From positions 3,432 through 67,431 of the forward strand of contig JAQUCT010000002.1 in NCBI GenBank assembly GCA_028686075.1: a stretch of DNA of 64,000 bases, written 5' to 3'. Made by a program: the position numbers and the translations under genes. Every line of letters begins with the position of its first letter. The first letter of the stretch is position 1. The stretch is from Bacillota bacterium. Lineage in GTDB: Bacteria > Bacillota > Clostridia > Ch29. Under the pieces are notes generated by a model. The model worked only from the letters and a program-made list of their open reading frames with translations, ran no database searches and had not been told where the DNA came from. Below are positions 27,139 through 38,500 of this stretch, one piece after another.

Positions 27139-27885
27139 CTAATTTTCAATCGTTTTTACTATATCTTCCAGGGGTAATATTTCAAATCCCCTGTCCATTA
27201 TATTATTAATCATGGTTGGAAGTGCCTCAAGCGTCTGGTCTGTGGGATGCATCAGCACTATACCCCCGCCGTGCATTTTTTTGTCTACCCTCTCAATTAT
27301 CCTGTCGACCCCGTCCCTTTTCCAATCGATTGTGTCTATACTCCACATTATCATCTTGCAGCCTAAGTCTTTGGCTGCCCTGTCGGTATCCCTGTTATAG
27401 GCACCCGAGGGCGGTGCAAAGTATTTCGGCGTTTTTCCTGTTATTTGTTCAATAATACTCTGGGTTTTTTGTATCTCTGACAGGTTTTGGTCATAGTTAA
27501 GCTTTGAATGGTCACTGTGGGAGTATCCATGGTTTCCTATTGTATGACCGCTGTCGGTGATTAACTTAAGTAGTTCTTCGTTGTTTTCCGCCCATCTTCC
27601 GGTTACAAAAAAAGTGGCCCTAATACCAGCGGCGTCCAGTATTTTTAGCATATCCGGCAAATGCTCACTGCCCCAGTCCACATTACAGGCAAAGGCGATT
27701 CCGCTTGATTCCTTTGAACCCTTGTATATCGGCCCTCCAAAGACAGGGCGGGTCTGTGTATAAAACTTAAAAACATTGAACACAATAGCCGTTAAAAGAA
27801 CTACACAAAGGGCCATAAGCACAATACCGGTTTTACGGCCCCTTCGTTTTAAAATGCCTCTTTTCATAAATATCCCCCTTTCCAT
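27139..27885 (-). CDS. Polysaccharide deacetylase (NodB homology domain; YlxY/PdaB-like sporulation protein)
   Basis: N-terminal TM anchor plus NodB motifs (HGYSH); position next to pnp as in Bacillus. Confidence 0.85.
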   Translation of the reverse strand: MERGIFMKRGILKRRGRKTGIVLMALCVVLLTAIVFNVFKFYTQTRPVFGGPIYKGSKESSGIAFACNVDWGSEHLPDMLKILDAAGIRATFFVTGRWAENNEELLKLITDSGHTIGNHGYSHSDHSKLNYDQNLSEIQKTQSIIEQITGKTPKYFAPPSGAYNRDTDRAAKDLGCKMIMWSIDTIDWKRDGVDRIIERVDKKMHGGGIVLMHPTDQTLEALPTMINNIMDRGFEILPLEDIVKTIEN

Positions 27886-27939
27886 TTACTAAAAGGATAT
27901 TCACACTCTACGCAAATTATATATAACGCATTAATAATA

Positions 27940-28061
27940 CTATATTCTTTTATCTGTCATTCCGACTTTTATCTGTCATTCTGAGGGCGCAGCCCGAAGA
28001 ATCCGGCTTGGATAGATCCTTCGCTATCGCTCAGGATGACAGAACCGCTCAGGATGACACG
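27940..28061. repeat. Copy B of the palindromic intergenic element (inverted relative to copy A; carries an extra 17-nt tandem duplication of cgctcaggatgaca)
   Basis: Matches the reverse complement of 300-400. It is itself a long imperfect hairpin (tgtcattctgagggcgcagcccgaagaatccgg / ggatagatccttcgctatcgctcaggatgaca). Confidence 0.85.
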
Positions 28062-28112
28062 TTAGAAGAAGTAAAGTCTTAAGCACGTTATATATAGGAA
28101 GGAGGATAATCG

Positions 28113-28146
28113 AAAAGGCCTGTGCTTTTATGGCAGGCCTTTTTTA
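28113..28146. terminator. Bidirectional terminator aggcctg...caggcct with A-run and T-run
   Basis: Downstream of pnp on the minus strand. Confidence 0.75.
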
Positions 28147-28161
28147 AAAAAAAGGGGGGGG

Positions 28162-28188
28162 AAACATAAACCTGAGGTTTATGTTTTT
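28162..28188 (-). terminator. Hairpin aacataaacc-tga-ggtttatgtt overlapping the pnp stop, followed on the minus strand by C8 then U8
   Basis: Perfect 10-bp stem. Confidence 0.6.
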
Positions 28189-30328
28189 AGCGTTTTGGTC
28201 TTCGTTTGTTATCCCGACCTTCCCCTTTATGCTCTTCCTTAGGAAGGGCATCCTTACGGGAAAGATTTATCCTCCCCTGTCTGTCTATCTCAATAACCTT
28301 CACCAATACCTCGTCACCTATGTTTAATACGTCCTCCACCTTTTCAACCCTTTTATGGGCCAGCTTGGAAATGTGTATCATTCCCTCTTTACCCGGTGCT
28401 ATTTCTACGAAGGCACCAAAGTTCATTATTCTTAATACCTTGCCCATATAGAATTCCCCTACCTCAACTTCCTTTGTAAGGGTTTCTATTATCTTAAGGG
28501 CCTTTTCGCCGGCTTCCCTGTCGGGGGCGGCTATGAATACCCTTCCGTCGTCTTCAATGTCTATCTTGACGCCTGTTTCGTTTATTATTTTGTTTATTGT
28601 TTTGCCTCCGGGGCCAATTATATCACGGATTTTTTCCGGGTCCACAAGGGTCCTTATTATCTTTGGAGCATAGGGTGACAGCTCCTTGCGGGGCATAGAT
28701 ATCACTTTAAGCATTTTGTCGAGAATATAGAGCCGTCCCTGTCTTGCCTGTGCCAGGGCTTTCTCAAGGATATCCCTTCCTATTCCTTGTATCTTTATAT
28801 CCATCTGAATGGCTGTTATGCCCTTTGAAGTGCCAGCCACCTTGAAGTCCATATCCCCGAGGAAGTCTTCCATTCCCTGGATATCGGACAGTATCTGTAC
28901 CCTGTCTCCCTCCATAATAAGGCCCATCGCTATACCCGCTACCGGAGCTTTTATCGGAACACCCGCATCCATAAGTGCAAGGGTGCTTCCGCAAACGCTT
29001 GCCTGGGAAGTGGAGCCGTTGGAGCTTAGTATTTCCGAAACCAGCCGGATTGTGTATGGGAAATCCTCCTCGCTGGGTATCATGGGCTCAAGGGCCCTTT
29101 CTGCCAGCGCACCGTGTCCTATTTCCCTGCGGCCGGGGCCCCTTAGGAACCTGGTTTCGCCTACGCTGTAGGGCGGAAAATTGTAATGATGCATGTATCT
29201 TTTAAACTCTTCCAATCCCAGCCCGTCAAGTATCTGTACGTCCCCCATAGCTCCTAAAGTAGCTATGGTAAGGGCCTGGGTCTGTCCCCGGGTAAACAGT
29301 CCTGAGCCGTGGGCCCTTGGCAACAGGCCTACCTCGCATGCTATGGGTCTTATTTCATCCGGCTTCCTGTCGTCCGGTCTCTTGCCCTCCTCCAATATAA
29401 GCCTTCTTACTTCTTCCTTTGTAATTGTGTATAAGACGTCAGAAACAGACTCAGAACTTTCAGAATATTTCTCCTCAAAGTATTCCAGGGTCTTTTCCTT
29501 TACTCTATCTATGTTCGCATTCCTTTCCAGTTTTTCCGGTGTCAGTATGGCGTCTACAAGTTGTGAAGTGGCGTATTCCCTAACCTCCTTCTCCAATTCC
29601 GGATCAGTTTCGTTTAGGGCTACCTCCGTTTTTTCCTTCCCAACTTTTGCCGCAATATCCTCTATGAATTCTACAATCCTTTTAATTTCCGAATGTGCAT
29701 ACATGATGGCCTCCAGCATTACTTCCTCCGAGACCTCATTGGCCCCTGCTTCCACCATCATAACCGCGTCCTTTGTACCGGAAACTGTAAGGTTTAGGTC
29801 GCTTTTCTCCTGTTGATCTATATTCGGGTTTAATACCAGTTCTCCTTCAACCAGCCCCACCTTCACAGAGCCGGTAGGCCCGTAGAAGGGTATGTCCGAT
29901 ATTGAAAGGGCGGCGGACGAACCTATCATTGCCGCAATCTCCGGTGAGTTGTTCCTGTCCACCGACAAAACGGTGGCTATAACCTGTACGTCGTTTCGAA
30001 AGCCCTTAGGGAATAGCGGTCGTATTGGCCGGTCAATAAGCCTTGAAGTCAGTATTGCCTTTTCGGTGGGCCTTCCTTCCCTTTTTATAAACCCGCCGGG
30101 GATTTTACCTACCGAATACAGCTTTTCTTCATAGTCACAGCTTAGGGGGAAGAAATCAATCCCTTCCCTGGGCTGTTCAGAAGCGGTGGCTGTTACAAGA
30201 ACAGCTGTATCCCCGTATCTGATCAGTACTGCTCCGCTGGCCTGGCCGGCCATTTTGCCCGTTTCAAAAACCATCTCTCTTCCGGCTAACTGTAAACTAA
30301 ATGTTTCCAGTTTATATAATTCCTCCAT
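28187..30328 (-). CDS. pnp: Polyribonucleotide nucleotidyltransferase (PNPase)
   Basis: Two RNase PH domains plus KH and S1; 713 aa. Confidence 0.97.
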   Translation of the reverse strand: MEELYKLETFSLQLAGREMVFETGKMAGQASGAVLIRYGDTAVLVTATASEQPREGIDFFPLSCDYEEKLYSVGKIPGGFIKREGRPTEKAILTSRLIDRPIRPLFPKGFRNDVQVIATVLSVDRNNSPEIAAMIGSSAALSISDIPFYGPTGSVKVGLVEGELVLNPNIDQQEKSDLNLTVSGTKDAVMMVEAGANEVSEEVMLEAIMYAHSEIKRIVEFIEDIAAKVGKEKTEVALNETDPELEKEVREYATSQLVDAILTPEKLERNANIDRVKEKTLEYFEEKYSESSESVSDVLYTITKEEVRRLILEEGKRPDDRKPDEIRPIACEVGLLPRAHGSGLFTRGQTQALTIATLGAMGDVQILDGLGLEEFKRYMHHYNFPPYSVGETRFLRGPGRREIGHGALAERALEPMIPSEEDFPYTIRLVSEILSSNGSTSQASVCGSTLALMDAGVPIKAPVAGIAMGLIMEGDRVQILSDIQGMEDFLGDMDFKVAGTSKGITAIQMDIKIQGIGRDILEKALAQARQGRLYILDKMLKVISMPRKELSPYAPKIIRTLVDPEKIRDIIGPGGKTINKIINETGVKIDIEDDGRVFIAAPDREAGEKALKIIETLTKEVEVGEFYMGKVLRIMNFGAFVEIAPGKEGMIHISKLAHKRVEKVEDVLNIGDEVLVKVIEIDRQGRINLSRKDALPKEEHKGEGRDNKRRPKR

Positions 30329-30411
30329 CTCTTACCTCCTCATTAGAAAAGTTACATTTTAAATATAATGGAGCGGTATGACCCGCCCCATTCTTACTTT
30401 CATAAGTCTGC

Positions 30412-30678
30412 TTACTTTCTTAAGCCCAGCTGTTCTATCAGCTTTCTGTACCTTTCTATGTCTTTCTCCTTCAGATAGTTAAGGAGACCCCGTCTTTTAC
30501 CAACCATTTTCAAGAGTCCCCGTCTCGAGTGATGGTCTTTTTTATTAACCTTGAGGTGCTCATTAAGCTGGTTAATTCTTTCGGTTAATATCGCAACCTG
30601 TACCTCCGGGGAACCCGTATCGGTCTCATGAATCTTGTAACCGTTTATTATTCTTTGCTTTTCTTCGTCCTTCAACAT
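30412..30678 (-). CDS. rpsO: 30S ribosomal protein S15
   Basis: 88 aa canonical S15. Confidence 0.97.
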   Translation of the reverse strand: MLKDEEKQRIINGYKIHETDTGSPEVQVAILTERINQLNEHLKVNKKDHHSRRGLLKMVGKRRGLLNYLKEKDIERYRKLIEQLGLRK

Positions 30679-30834
30679 TATTTCACCTCCTCGAATATCA
30701 GCCCCTTAAACCAAGTTAAAGGTCGGAGGAGCCTTAAACCTAGCTTAAGGTTCACTAACAATATAATATTATCACAAAAGCAAGACGTTTGTAAACATTA
30801 ACCTGGGGTGGTTGTTTTCTACTATTTAAGTTTA

Positions 30835-31722
30835 TTAAAAATAGTCTTCCAAATTTTTAATATCTAATTCTATTTGTTTTATCAATTCCTCCTTGCAAGC
30901 AAATTTTTTTTCTTCCCTTATCCTTTCAAAGAACTCTACTTCTATATAGCTGTCGTACAGGTCCTTTTTTAGCCCGCATATATAAGTCTCTATGCTAGTT
31001 CTGTCATTATTGAAGGTGGGGTTTACCCCGACGTTGGTTATACTTTTATACCTTTTGCCGCCGGTATAAGTATTGGTGGCATAAACACCCATGGCTGGGT
31101 ACAGTATCCCTTCGGGCAGCCTTATGTTTGCGGTGGGGATGCCCATCCCGTTTCCCCTTCCCTTTCCCTTTATTACTCTGCCCGAAACCGTGTAATTTCT
31201 GCCCAGGCAGCCATTGGCCCTTTTTATATCGCCTTCCCTAAGAAGCCGGCGTATATAGCTGCTGCTTACTAGATGTCCCTCCAGCTTTACAGGTTTTAAC
31301 ACGTCTATCCTTATCCCTTTTTCGGCTGCAAACTCGTTAAGAAGGCGGACGTTTCCCCTACCGCCCCGGCCAAATCTGTAATTAAAACCCACTACGCCAT
31401 ACTTCATGTTGTATCCTTTTACTAGAATATCTTCAAAAAACTGCCTGGGGGTCATTTGGGATATGCCCCTATGGAAGGCGGTCATCTCTACTCTGTCCAC
31501 GCCCAACCCACAGAGTATTTTGTATTTTTCCTCCGGCGAATATATAAGGGGAATATAAAGGTCCGGCCTAATTACGTTTTGCGGGTGCCTGTCGAAGGTA
31601 TATACCATTGTTTTAAGGCCCATTTTACTGCTTTGCCTACAGAGTTCCTCTATCAGCCTTCGATGGCCTATATGTACTCCATCAAAATAGCCCAGCACTA
31701 TTCCCCAGCCAGTCGAATTCAT
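30835..31722 (-). CDS. ribF: Bifunctional riboflavin kinase / FMN adenylyltransferase
   Basis: N-terminal FAD synthetase domain with C-terminal riboflavin kinase domain. Confidence 0.9.
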   Translation of the reverse strand: MNSTGWGIVLGYFDGVHIGHRRLIEELCRQSSKMGLKTMVYTFDRHPQNVIRPDLYIPLIYSPEEKYKILCGLGVDRVEMTAFHRGISQMTPRQFFEDILVKGYNMKYGVVGFNYRFGRGGRGNVRLLNEFAAEKGIRIDVLKPVKLEGHLVSSSYIRRLLREGDIKRANGCLGRNYTVSGRVIKGKGRGNGMGIPTANIRLPEGILYPAMGVYATNTYTGGKRYKSITNVGVNPTFNNDRTSIETYICGLKKDLYDSYIEVEFFERIREEKKFACKEELIKQIELDIKNLEDYF

Positions 31723-31734
31723 GTCTATTCCCCT

Positions 31735-32673
31735 TCACATCTGTTTGTTGAAGTCACCAGGTACTCTGGCACCGGTTAGCATACACTTCATTCTTACCTG
31801 GGGGGATTGTCCGTCCTTAAGGTAAACCCCCAATCCTATCAAGGTTTGCCTATAATACAGCCTTAGCGTCTGCCCATGGCCTAACCCCCGGATATCCGAC
31901 CTAAAGTTATGCGGGTATAAGGGGTTTCCGTTTAAGGCAAACCTTAGAGAATCCTCCCGGATTTCCGTCCTTGCCATATCCTGTAGCGGATAATCAATGG
32001 GCAGTATCAGCTCCGGAAGGCTCCCTTTCTTGGCAGCCTTCTCAAGCTCTTCCAGCGTGACAGCCGTTTCCAACTTAAACCCACCGGAATTAAGGCGCAC
32101 CAGAAAGGACATAATAGCCCCGTAACCGGACTTAACCCCAATATCATGGCACAACGTCCTTATGTAAGTACCCTTCGAGCATACTATATCAATAATTGCC
32201 CTGTCGGGGGAGAAAAATTCCACAAGTTCCAAACTGTATATCTTTATACTCCTTGGCTTCCTTTCTACCTCCAGGCCCTCCCTGGCCAGCTGATAGAGTT
32301 TCCTGCCCCCCTGTTTTATTGCTGAATACATTGGAGGAACCTGCTGCCCGGCTCCCCGGAACCCCTTAAGGAGCTTAATTATTCCTTCCTTTGATACTTC
32401 CGCTTTTGTTTTACATAACACCTTACCAAAACTGTCCTGGGTATCGGTTACCACTCCGAAGGTAATCTCGGCCCTGTATGCCTTATTAGACTTAGTAAGC
32501 ATTTCCGACAATTTGGTTGCTCTGCCAAGACACACCGGCAACACTCCCGCCGCACCGGGGTCAAGGGTCCCTGTGTGACCGGCCTTTTTTTCTCCCGTTA
32601 TTCTTTTTACCCAGCCCACCGCCTGGGATGACGTTGGGCCTACAGGCTTTAATAAGTTAATAAACCCATCCAT
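31735..32673 (-). CDS. truB: tRNA pseudouridine(55) synthase
   Basis: HTGTLDPGAAGVL catalytic Asp motif; PUA domain at the C-terminus. Confidence 0.93.
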   Translation of the reverse strand: MDGFINLLKPVGPTSSQAVGWVKRITGEKKAGHTGTLDPGAAGVLPVCLGRATKLSEMLTKSNKAYRAEITFGVVTDTQDSFGKVLCKTKAEVSKEGIIKLLKGFRGAGQQVPPMYSAIKQGGRKLYQLAREGLEVERKPRSIKIYSLELVEFFSPDRAIIDIVCSKGTYIRTLCHDIGVKSGYGAIMSFLVRLNSGGFKLETAVTLEELEKAAKKGSLPELILPIDYPLQDMARTEIREDSLRFALNGNPLYPHNFRSDIRGLGHGQTLRLYYRQTLIGLGVYLKDGQSPQVRMKCMLTGARVPGDFNKQM

Positions 32674-32680
32674 ATCCTAT

Positions 32681-33661
32681 TTACCCGTAACACTTTTCTA
32701 TTTCTTTTATCAGTTGCTCCACCGCGTTTTCCATTGAGGTACTTATTGTACAACCCGAAGCCTTCCTGTGGCCGCCGCCGCCGAAGGCCGCTGCAATGGC
32801 TGCGGTGTCCGCATACTCTTTTGACCTTAAGCCCACCTTTATTCCGCCATCGTCGGTTTCCCTCAAAAGAGCCGCCACCTCAACGCCTACTATATCTCTG
32901 GCGAACTCAACAATTCCATCCAGGTCCTCCTGGCTGCACCCGGTCTCTCGCATCATCTTTCTGGTTACTGTCATTATGGCGGTTTTACCTCCGTGGTATG
33001 TCTTTATACTGTCAATGGCCCTGCCCAGCATCTTTGTCTGCTGCAGGGTTCTTAGACTGAATATTTGGCTGCATATACGGTTTGATTCTACCCCTATGCT
33101 TATTAGTTCCCCCGCAATGCCGTGGGTGACGGCGGTGGTGTTGTCGTATTTAAAACAACCGGTATCGGCTGTAATTGCCGTATAGATACATTCTGCGATA
33201 TCCGTGTTTAAGTCAATCCCCATCAGCTTTATTATCTGGTATACCAACTCACCGGTAGCTGCGGCGTTGGTGTCCACCATATTAATATTCCCGAACATGG
33301 TATTGCTTATATGGTGGTCAATATTCAACACGGTGCCCGCCATTTTATAGTGTTGTAATCCATCCCCCAGCCTCTCTAAGTCTGCACAGTCCAGTACCAC
33401 CAGGGTTTCCACGGGGCAGATCGGCTCGGCACAGTCCGCCACTAAATGGGACCCCGGTATAAAGGAATACTTGGCCGGGGGCTTGTCATTCCTCAATATT
33501 ACAACCCTTTTGCCCAGCCTTTCCAGGGCAAGCCCCAGGGCGGACGCCGAACCCAAAGCATCACCATCCGGCTGTATATGAGTAATAATTCCGACGCTTC
33601 CGCTTTCCATGAGACGTTTTACAATATCAGTCAGCATCATTATGTTTCCCGGTCTCCTCAT
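32681..33661 (-). CDS. nrnA: DHH/DHHA1 phosphoesterase NrnA (oligoribonuclease / pAp phosphatase)
   Basis: DHH motif HIQPDGDALGS and DHHA1 motif GGGGH. The true start is probably the internal Met at 33640 or 33637, since the track ORF overlaps rbfA. Confidence 0.85.
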   Translation of the reverse strand: MRRPGNIMMLTDIVKRLMESGSVGIITHIQPDGDALGSASALGLALERLGKRVVILRNDKPPAKYSFIPGSHLVADCAEPICPVETLVVLDCADLERLGDGLQHYKMAGTVLNIDHHISNTMFGNINMVDTNAAATGELVYQIIKLMGIDLNTDIAECIYTAITADTGCFKYDNTTAVTHGIAGELISIGVESNRICSQIFSLRTLQQTKMLGRAIDSIKTYHGGKTAIMTVTRKMMRETGCSQEDLDGIVEFARDIVGVEVAALLRETDDGGIKVGLRSKEYADTAAIAAAFGGGGHRKASGCTISTSMENAVEQLIKEIEKCYG

Positions 33662-34001
33662 CGTTCATAACTTTTTTAAGCAATTGGTTTATATGGGAAC
33701 CGTATTCGATTGAATCGTCCACCAGGAAGCTTACCTCAGGAACGTTTCTTAGTTTAAGTCTGCCGCCCAATTCCCTTCGGACAAATCCCCTGGCCCGCTC
33801 CAGGCCTTCAAGGGCATCCTTTTTCGCCTTTTCACTGCCAAAAAGGCTGACGTATATCCTTGCATAGCTTAGGTCCCTGCTAACCTGTACCTGCGTAATA
33901 CTAATAAGGGGGTTAACCCGCGGGTCCTTAACCCCGTTCCGTAGTATATCGCTTACCTCCCGCTTTATTTCCTCAGAAAGTCTCTGGGCTCTCCTGCTCA
34001 T
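33627..34001 (-). CDS. rbfA: Ribosome-binding factor A
   Basis: 124 aa, KH-like RbfA (RLSEEIKREVSDIL). Confidence 0.92.
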   Translation of the reverse strand: MSRRAQRLSEEIKREVSDILRNGVKDPRVNPLISITQVQVSRDLSYARIYVSLFGSEKAKKDALEGLERARGFVRRELGGRLKLRNVPEVSFLVDDSIEYGSHINQLLKKVMNDEETGKHNDAD

Positions 34002-34015
34002 AAAATCACCTTTTC

Positions 34016-36127
34016 CTATCTGGGAATTTCCTGGTCAACGAAACACTCCAGTATATCCCCTTCTTTTATATCGTTGAAGGCTTCTACGCTTATGCCGCAC
34101 TCGTACCCTTGCACTACTTCTTTTGCATCATCCTTAAACCTCTTAAGGGATTCGATCCTTCCTTCGAAAATGACTATACCCTCACGGACAACCCTTATGC
34201 CGCCGTTTCTTTGTATTTTGCCCTCCTGAACATAACATCCTGCTATGGTACCTATAGAGGAAACCTTGAATATGGCTCTTACCTCGGCCTTTCCTATTAC
34301 AACCTCTTTAAATTTCGGGTCCAGCATTCCCTTTATTGCAGCTTCCAGGTCATTTATCGCGTCGTATATAACTCTATAGGTCCTTATATCTACTTTCTCG
34401 TGGTTTGCCATCTGTACCGCATTGCTATCCGGTCTTACGTTAAACCCGATAACTATTGCGTTTGAAGCCGCCGCCAGCATAACATCCGTTTCGGTAATCG
34501 CGCCCACTCCACCGTGGATGGATTTTATCCGCACTTCGTCGTTGCTCAGCTTTTCTATCGACTGCCTTATCGCTTCCACAGAGCCGTGTACATCCGCCTT
34601 TATTATAATATTGAGTTCTTTTACCCTGCCTTCCTTTATCTGGCTGAACAGGTCTTCAAGGGATACTCTCTGGTTGGACTTAAGCATAGTGTTGCGGATT
34701 CTATCTTTTCTCTCCTGGGCTATATGCCTTGCCGTTTTGTCGTCCTCGGTTACCACCAGCATATCGCCTGCATCCGGGACCTCCGAAAGGCCTATAACCT
34801 CTACCGGTGTGGAAGGCCTGGCTTTAGGAATCCTCCTTCCGTTGTCATCGGTCATCGCCCGCACCTTTCCGGAAGCAGCCCCTACCACTATGGAATCCCC
34901 AATCTTAAGGGTACCTTTTTGAACGAGTACCGTTGCAACGGGTCCCCTACCCTTGTCAAGCTTTGCTTCTATAACAGTACCTACGGCGTTTCTGTCCGGG
35001 TTTGCCTTGAGTTCCTGCATGTCCGCCACCAAAAGCACCATTTCCAGAAGGTCTTCTATACCCTCTCCGGTATGGGCGGAAACCGTAACTCCTATGGCGT
35101 CTCCGCCCCACTCTTCAAGTAGCAGACCCTGGTCGGAGAGTTCCTGTTTTACACGATCGGGATTTGCATTGGGTTTGTCTATCTTGTTAATTGCAACTAC
35201 AAGTGCCACATTGGCCGCCCGAGCGTGGTTTATTGCCTCTATGGTCTGGGGCATAACCCCGTCGTCTGCTGCTACCACCAATATTGCTATATCGGTTACC
35301 TGGGCACCCCTTGCCCTCATGGCGGTAAAGGCTTCGTGGCCCGGAGTATCCAGGAATACTATCTCCCTTTCCCCTATTTTTACCTTGTAAGCACCTATGT
35401 GCTGTGTTATGCCACCGGCTTCTTTCTCGGTCACCTTCGTTTTTCTTATGCTGTCAAGCAACGATGTCTTGCCGTGGTCAACGTGGCCCATCACGGTAAC
35501 TACCGGAGACCTGGGTTTCATTTTGGTAGGGTCGTCTATTTCCTCGTAAAGGTAATCCTCACCTATATCTGGTTTTTTTACCATCAGTTCAAATCCGTAT
35601 TCCCTGCCTATGTCAGCGGCGATTTCCCCGTCTATGTTTTGGTTTAGACCGGCCATTACCCCTAGCGATATAAGCTTTTTTATAACCTGAGTAGCCGATA
35701 CTCCCAACGTCTCGGCCAAGCCCTTCACGGTTATCTCTGCCCCTATCTCTTTTGTCTTCTTACCAGCGGATTCCTGTGCCTTAACCTGTCCCGGGACATC
35801 CTTTTTAATGTCGACCTTCGTCTGTTTCTTTTTAACCTTAATACCGTCTGTTTCTTTGCCCTCCAAAGGCTTGCCCTTTGGTTTCTTTAGTTCCACCTTT
35901 GTACCGGCCTGCTCTTCGTCCCCATCGTCTATTACTTCAAGGGTCTTATCATCATCCTTTTTTTCACTTAGTAACTCCTTTACCGCCTTTGCTTCTTTTT
36001 CGTTTATGGTGCTCATATGGTTCTTTGTCTCCACTCCCAGTTCTGCCAATATTTCCACCAATTCTTTGCTTGGCAATTGCAACTGTTTTGCCAGTTCGTA
36101 TACCCTTATTTTAGCCATACCCTTCAC
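34016..36127 (-). CDS. infB: Translation initiation factor IF-2
   Basis: G domain ([14 protein letters not shown]...DTPGHEAF...NKID); 703 aa. Confidence 0.97.
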   Translation of the reverse strand: MKGMAKIRVYELAKQLQLPSKELVEILAELGVETKNHMSTINEKEAKAVKELLSEKKDDDKTLEVIDDGDEEQAGTKVELKKPKGKPLEGKETDGIKVKKKQTKVDIKKDVPGQVKAQESAGKKTKEIGAEITVKGLAETLGVSATQVIKKLISLGVMAGLNQNIDGEIAADIGREYGFELMVKKPDIGEDYLYEEIDDPTKMKPRSPVVTVMGHVDHGKTSLLDSIRKTKVTEKEAGGITQHIGAYKVKIGEREIVFLDTPGHEAFTAMRARGAQVTDIAILVVAADDGVMPQTIEAINHARAANVALVVAINKIDKPNANPDRVKQELSDQGLLLEEWGGDAIGVTVSAHTGEGIEDLLEMVLLVADMQELKANPDRNAVGTVIEAKLDKGRGPVATVLVQKGTLKIGDSIVVGAASGKVRAMTDDNGRRIPKARPSTPVEVIGLSEVPDAGDMLVVTEDDKTARHIAQERKDRIRNTMLKSNQRVSLEDLFSQIKEGRVKELNIIIKADVHGSVEAIRQSIEKLSNDEVRIKSIHGGVGAITETDVMLAAASNAIVIGFNVRPDSNAVQMANHEKVDIRTYRVIYDAINDLEAAIKGMLDPKFKEVVIGKAEVRAIFKVSSIGTIAGCYVQEGKIQRNGGIRVVREGIVIFEGRIESLKRFKDDAKEVVQGYECGISVEAFNDIKEGDILECFVDQEIPR

Positions 36128-36145
36128 CCCCTGGTATAATTTCCT

Positions 36146-36454
36146 TTACTTCCCGATTAGTTTTAGAATTTCCCTTGAAAAACCTTCGTCCAAAACCGCC
36201 AGAACCGTCCTGTTGTCTTTACCTACCGCCCTTCCCAACCGGTCCTTTGTACCAAAGGTGGCCACCGGTATGCCTCTGTACAGGCATTTATCATAAAACA
36301 GTTTCCTGGTGTTCTTTGAACAATCGGTCGAAAGCAGTACAAGTTTTGCCCTATCACCCAAAACCACTTTTTTACATTTTTCCGTGCCCGCCATCAGGTT
36401 TCCACCTTTAAAGGCGAGGCCGATCATATTATACACCCTATCGGAATAATTCAC
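36146..36454 (-). CDS. ylxQ: L7Ae-family RNA-binding protein YlxQ
   Basis: About 100 aa, conserved position between ylxR and infB. Confidence 0.8.
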   Translation of the reverse strand: MNYSDRVYNMIGLAFKGGNLMAGTEKCKKVVLGDRAKLVLLSTDCSKNTRKLFYDKCLYRGIPVATFGTKDRLGRAVGKDNRTVLAVLDEGFSREILKLIGK

Positions 36455-36717
36455 TTTAAGGGCAGTTCTTCCTCAAGCAAAGCATAGATATGCTCTTCTA
36501 TTTTTGCGCCCAAGGATTTTTCCAGCCTTTTGGTCTTCCTTGCGACCTCAAGACACGACCTTTCGGGACATATATAAGCTCCCCTTCCTGACTTTTTCCC
36601 GGTCTTGTCCAGGGATACATCCCCCGCGCTGTTTCTTACAACCCTAATTAGGTCTCTTTTTGGTTTTGGTTGCTGGCATCCAAGGCATAGGCGTATGGGC
36701 ACTTTTTTCTTTTTCAA
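36451..36717 (-). CDS. ylxR: YlxR/RnpM-family RNA-binding protein (DUF448)
   Basis: PIRLCLGCQ...GRGAYICP motif. Confidence 0.85.
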   Translation of the reverse strand: MKKKKVPIRLCLGCQQPKPKRDLIRVVRNSAGDVSLDKTGKKSGRGAYICPERSCLEVARKTKRLEKSLGAKIEEHIYALLEEELPLK

Positions 36718-36729
36718 AGGCTTTCCCCC

Positions 36730-37839
36730 CTATTCACCGTCCTGGACGGTTTCATCTAAATAAGGAACATCGATGGTTTCATCCGGTTCGGGCACATCTG
36801 TTATTTCTGCTGTTTGGCTCTCACTTTTTATGTCAATTTTCCAGCCGGTAATTTTAGCGGCAAGCCTTGCATTTTGCCCTTCCTTTCCTATGGCTAACGA
36901 GAGCTGATAGTCCTTCACTACCACCTGGGCAGCTTTTTGCCCCTCAGTGGTGCTTACGTTTACTACCTTTGCAGGGCTTAAGGAATTTGCAATAAACTCA
37001 TGGGTATCAGTACTCCATTTGATTATGTCTATTTTTTCGCCCCTTAATTCATTTACCACCGACTGAACCCTGATACCCTTGGGCCCGACACAGGCACCCA
37101 CCGGGTCAATGTTCTCGTCCACCGAATAGACCGCTATCTTTGTCCGGGCCCCCGCCTCCCGGGCAATGCCCTTTACCTGTACAAGCCCGTTGTGTATTTC
37201 CGGCACCTCCAGTTCAAAAAGCCTTTTTACCAGTCCCGGGTGCGTCCTTGATACAATAATCTGAGGTCCTTTGGTCGTCTTTTTTACCTCAACTATATAA
37301 ACCCTTATCCTGCTACCCGGAGAATAATCCTCGGTGGGTATCTGTTCGGTTGGGGGCAGCACCGCTTCCACCCTGCCAAGGTCTATCATCACGTTGCTTT
37401 TCTCCCACCTTTGTACCATTCCGTTTACAAGCTCATTCTCTCTGTTTATGAACTCGTCGTATATTATTCCCCTTTCGGCCTCCCGGATTCTTTGTACTAC
37501 AACCTGTTTTGCTGTCTGGGCTGCGATGCGTCCGAAATTTTTTGGCGTAACCTCTATTTCCACAATATCTCCTTCTACTGCCCCGGGGGAAATCTTAGCA
37601 GCCTCTTCCAGGCTAATTTCGGTGAAGTCGTTCTCCGGTTCTTTAACCACAGTTTTTTTGGAATAAACCCTGATATCGCCGGTTTCTTCCTTAATACTTA
37701 CATCTACATTCTGTGACGTACCGAAATTTTTTTTATATGCAGAAACAAGGGCAGCTTCAATCGCATCTTTCAGGATTTCCTTACCTATGCCCTTTTCCTT
37801 CTCTATTTGTTCCAAAGCCTGCATGAATTCCTGATTCAT
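36730..37839 (-). CDS. nusA: Transcription termination/antitermination factor NusA
   Basis: S1 plus two KH domains; conserved nusA-infB operon. Confidence 0.95.
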   Translation of the reverse strand: MNQEFMQALEQIEKEKGIGKEILKDAIEAALVSAYKKNFGTSQNVDVSIKEETGDIRVYSKKTVVKEPENDFTEISLEEAAKISPGAVEGDIVEIEVTPKNFGRIAAQTAKQVVVQRIREAERGIIYDEFINRENELVNGMVQRWEKSNVMIDLGRVEAVLPPTEQIPTEDYSPGSRIRVYIVEVKKTTKGPQIIVSRTHPGLVKRLFELEVPEIHNGLVQVKGIAREAGARTKIAVYSVDENIDPVGACVGPKGIRVQSVVNELRGEKIDIIKWSTDTHEFIANSLSPAKVVNVSTTEGQKAAQVVVKDYQLSLAIGKEGQNARLAAKITGWKIDIKSESQTAEITDVPEPDETIDVPYLDETVQDGE

Positions 37840-37856
37840 TGCCTCATAACCTCCCC

Positions 37857-38318
37857 TTAAAACTTAAAAGTGAGCCGGGCGGAAGCGATACTTTCCTTCC
37901 GGAAATGTAACTTCCCTTCCGGAGCGTCCAGTGTAACGATACCGTCCTTTAGTCCCATAAGTATACCTCTGTATTCTTTTTTCTCATCCATTGGAGAATA
38001 CAGCTTAACATCCACTTCATGACCAGTAAAATACTCGTAATCCCTTTGGGTTTTTAATGGCCTGTCTACGCCAGGGGACGATACCTCCAGAATATAGCTG
38101 TGGTCAATGGGGTCCTCCCTGTCAAGCAGGTTGCTTAAGTGTTCGCTTACTCTTTCGCAGTCATCAACCGTTACACCGTTATACTTGTCTATGTACACCC
38201 TGAGGTACCAATTAGGTCCTTCCTTAACATATTCGATATCCACCAGAACGCAGTCATTCTCCTCGATAATCGGTACCGCCAGTTGCTCCACCTTTTCTTC
38301 TATTCTTCGTTTTGTCAA
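37857..38318 (-). CDS. rimP: Ribosome maturation factor RimP
   Basis: 153 aa, first gene of the nusA-infB operon. Confidence 0.9.
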   Translation of the reverse strand: MTKRRIEEKVEQLAVPIIEENDCVLVDIEYVKEGPNWYLRVYIDKYNGVTVDDCERVSEHLSNLLDREDPIDHSYILEVSSPGVDRPLKTQRDYEYFTGHEVDVKLYSPMDEKKEYRGILMGLKDGIVTLDAPEGKLHFRKESIASARLTFKF

Positions 38319-38419
38319 TCCAAATCCTCCCTGCCCTTTCCTTATCAGTAACTGGTATTTTTATATTTCCATACCACTACGTTTATTATTCCAGAGCCTT
38401 CGCCCTGTATAACAGCAAA

Positions 38420-38439
38420 GAGTGGGTTTTTACCCACTC
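38420..38439. terminator. Hairpin gagtgggt-tttt-acccactc downstream of polC
   Basis: Perfect 8-bp stem. Confidence 0.65.
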
Positions 38440-38500
38440 CCGTCCGACAGGTATGCACTTTCCATAAAATAGTGTATCATAGGAAGGGTTATATTACAAG

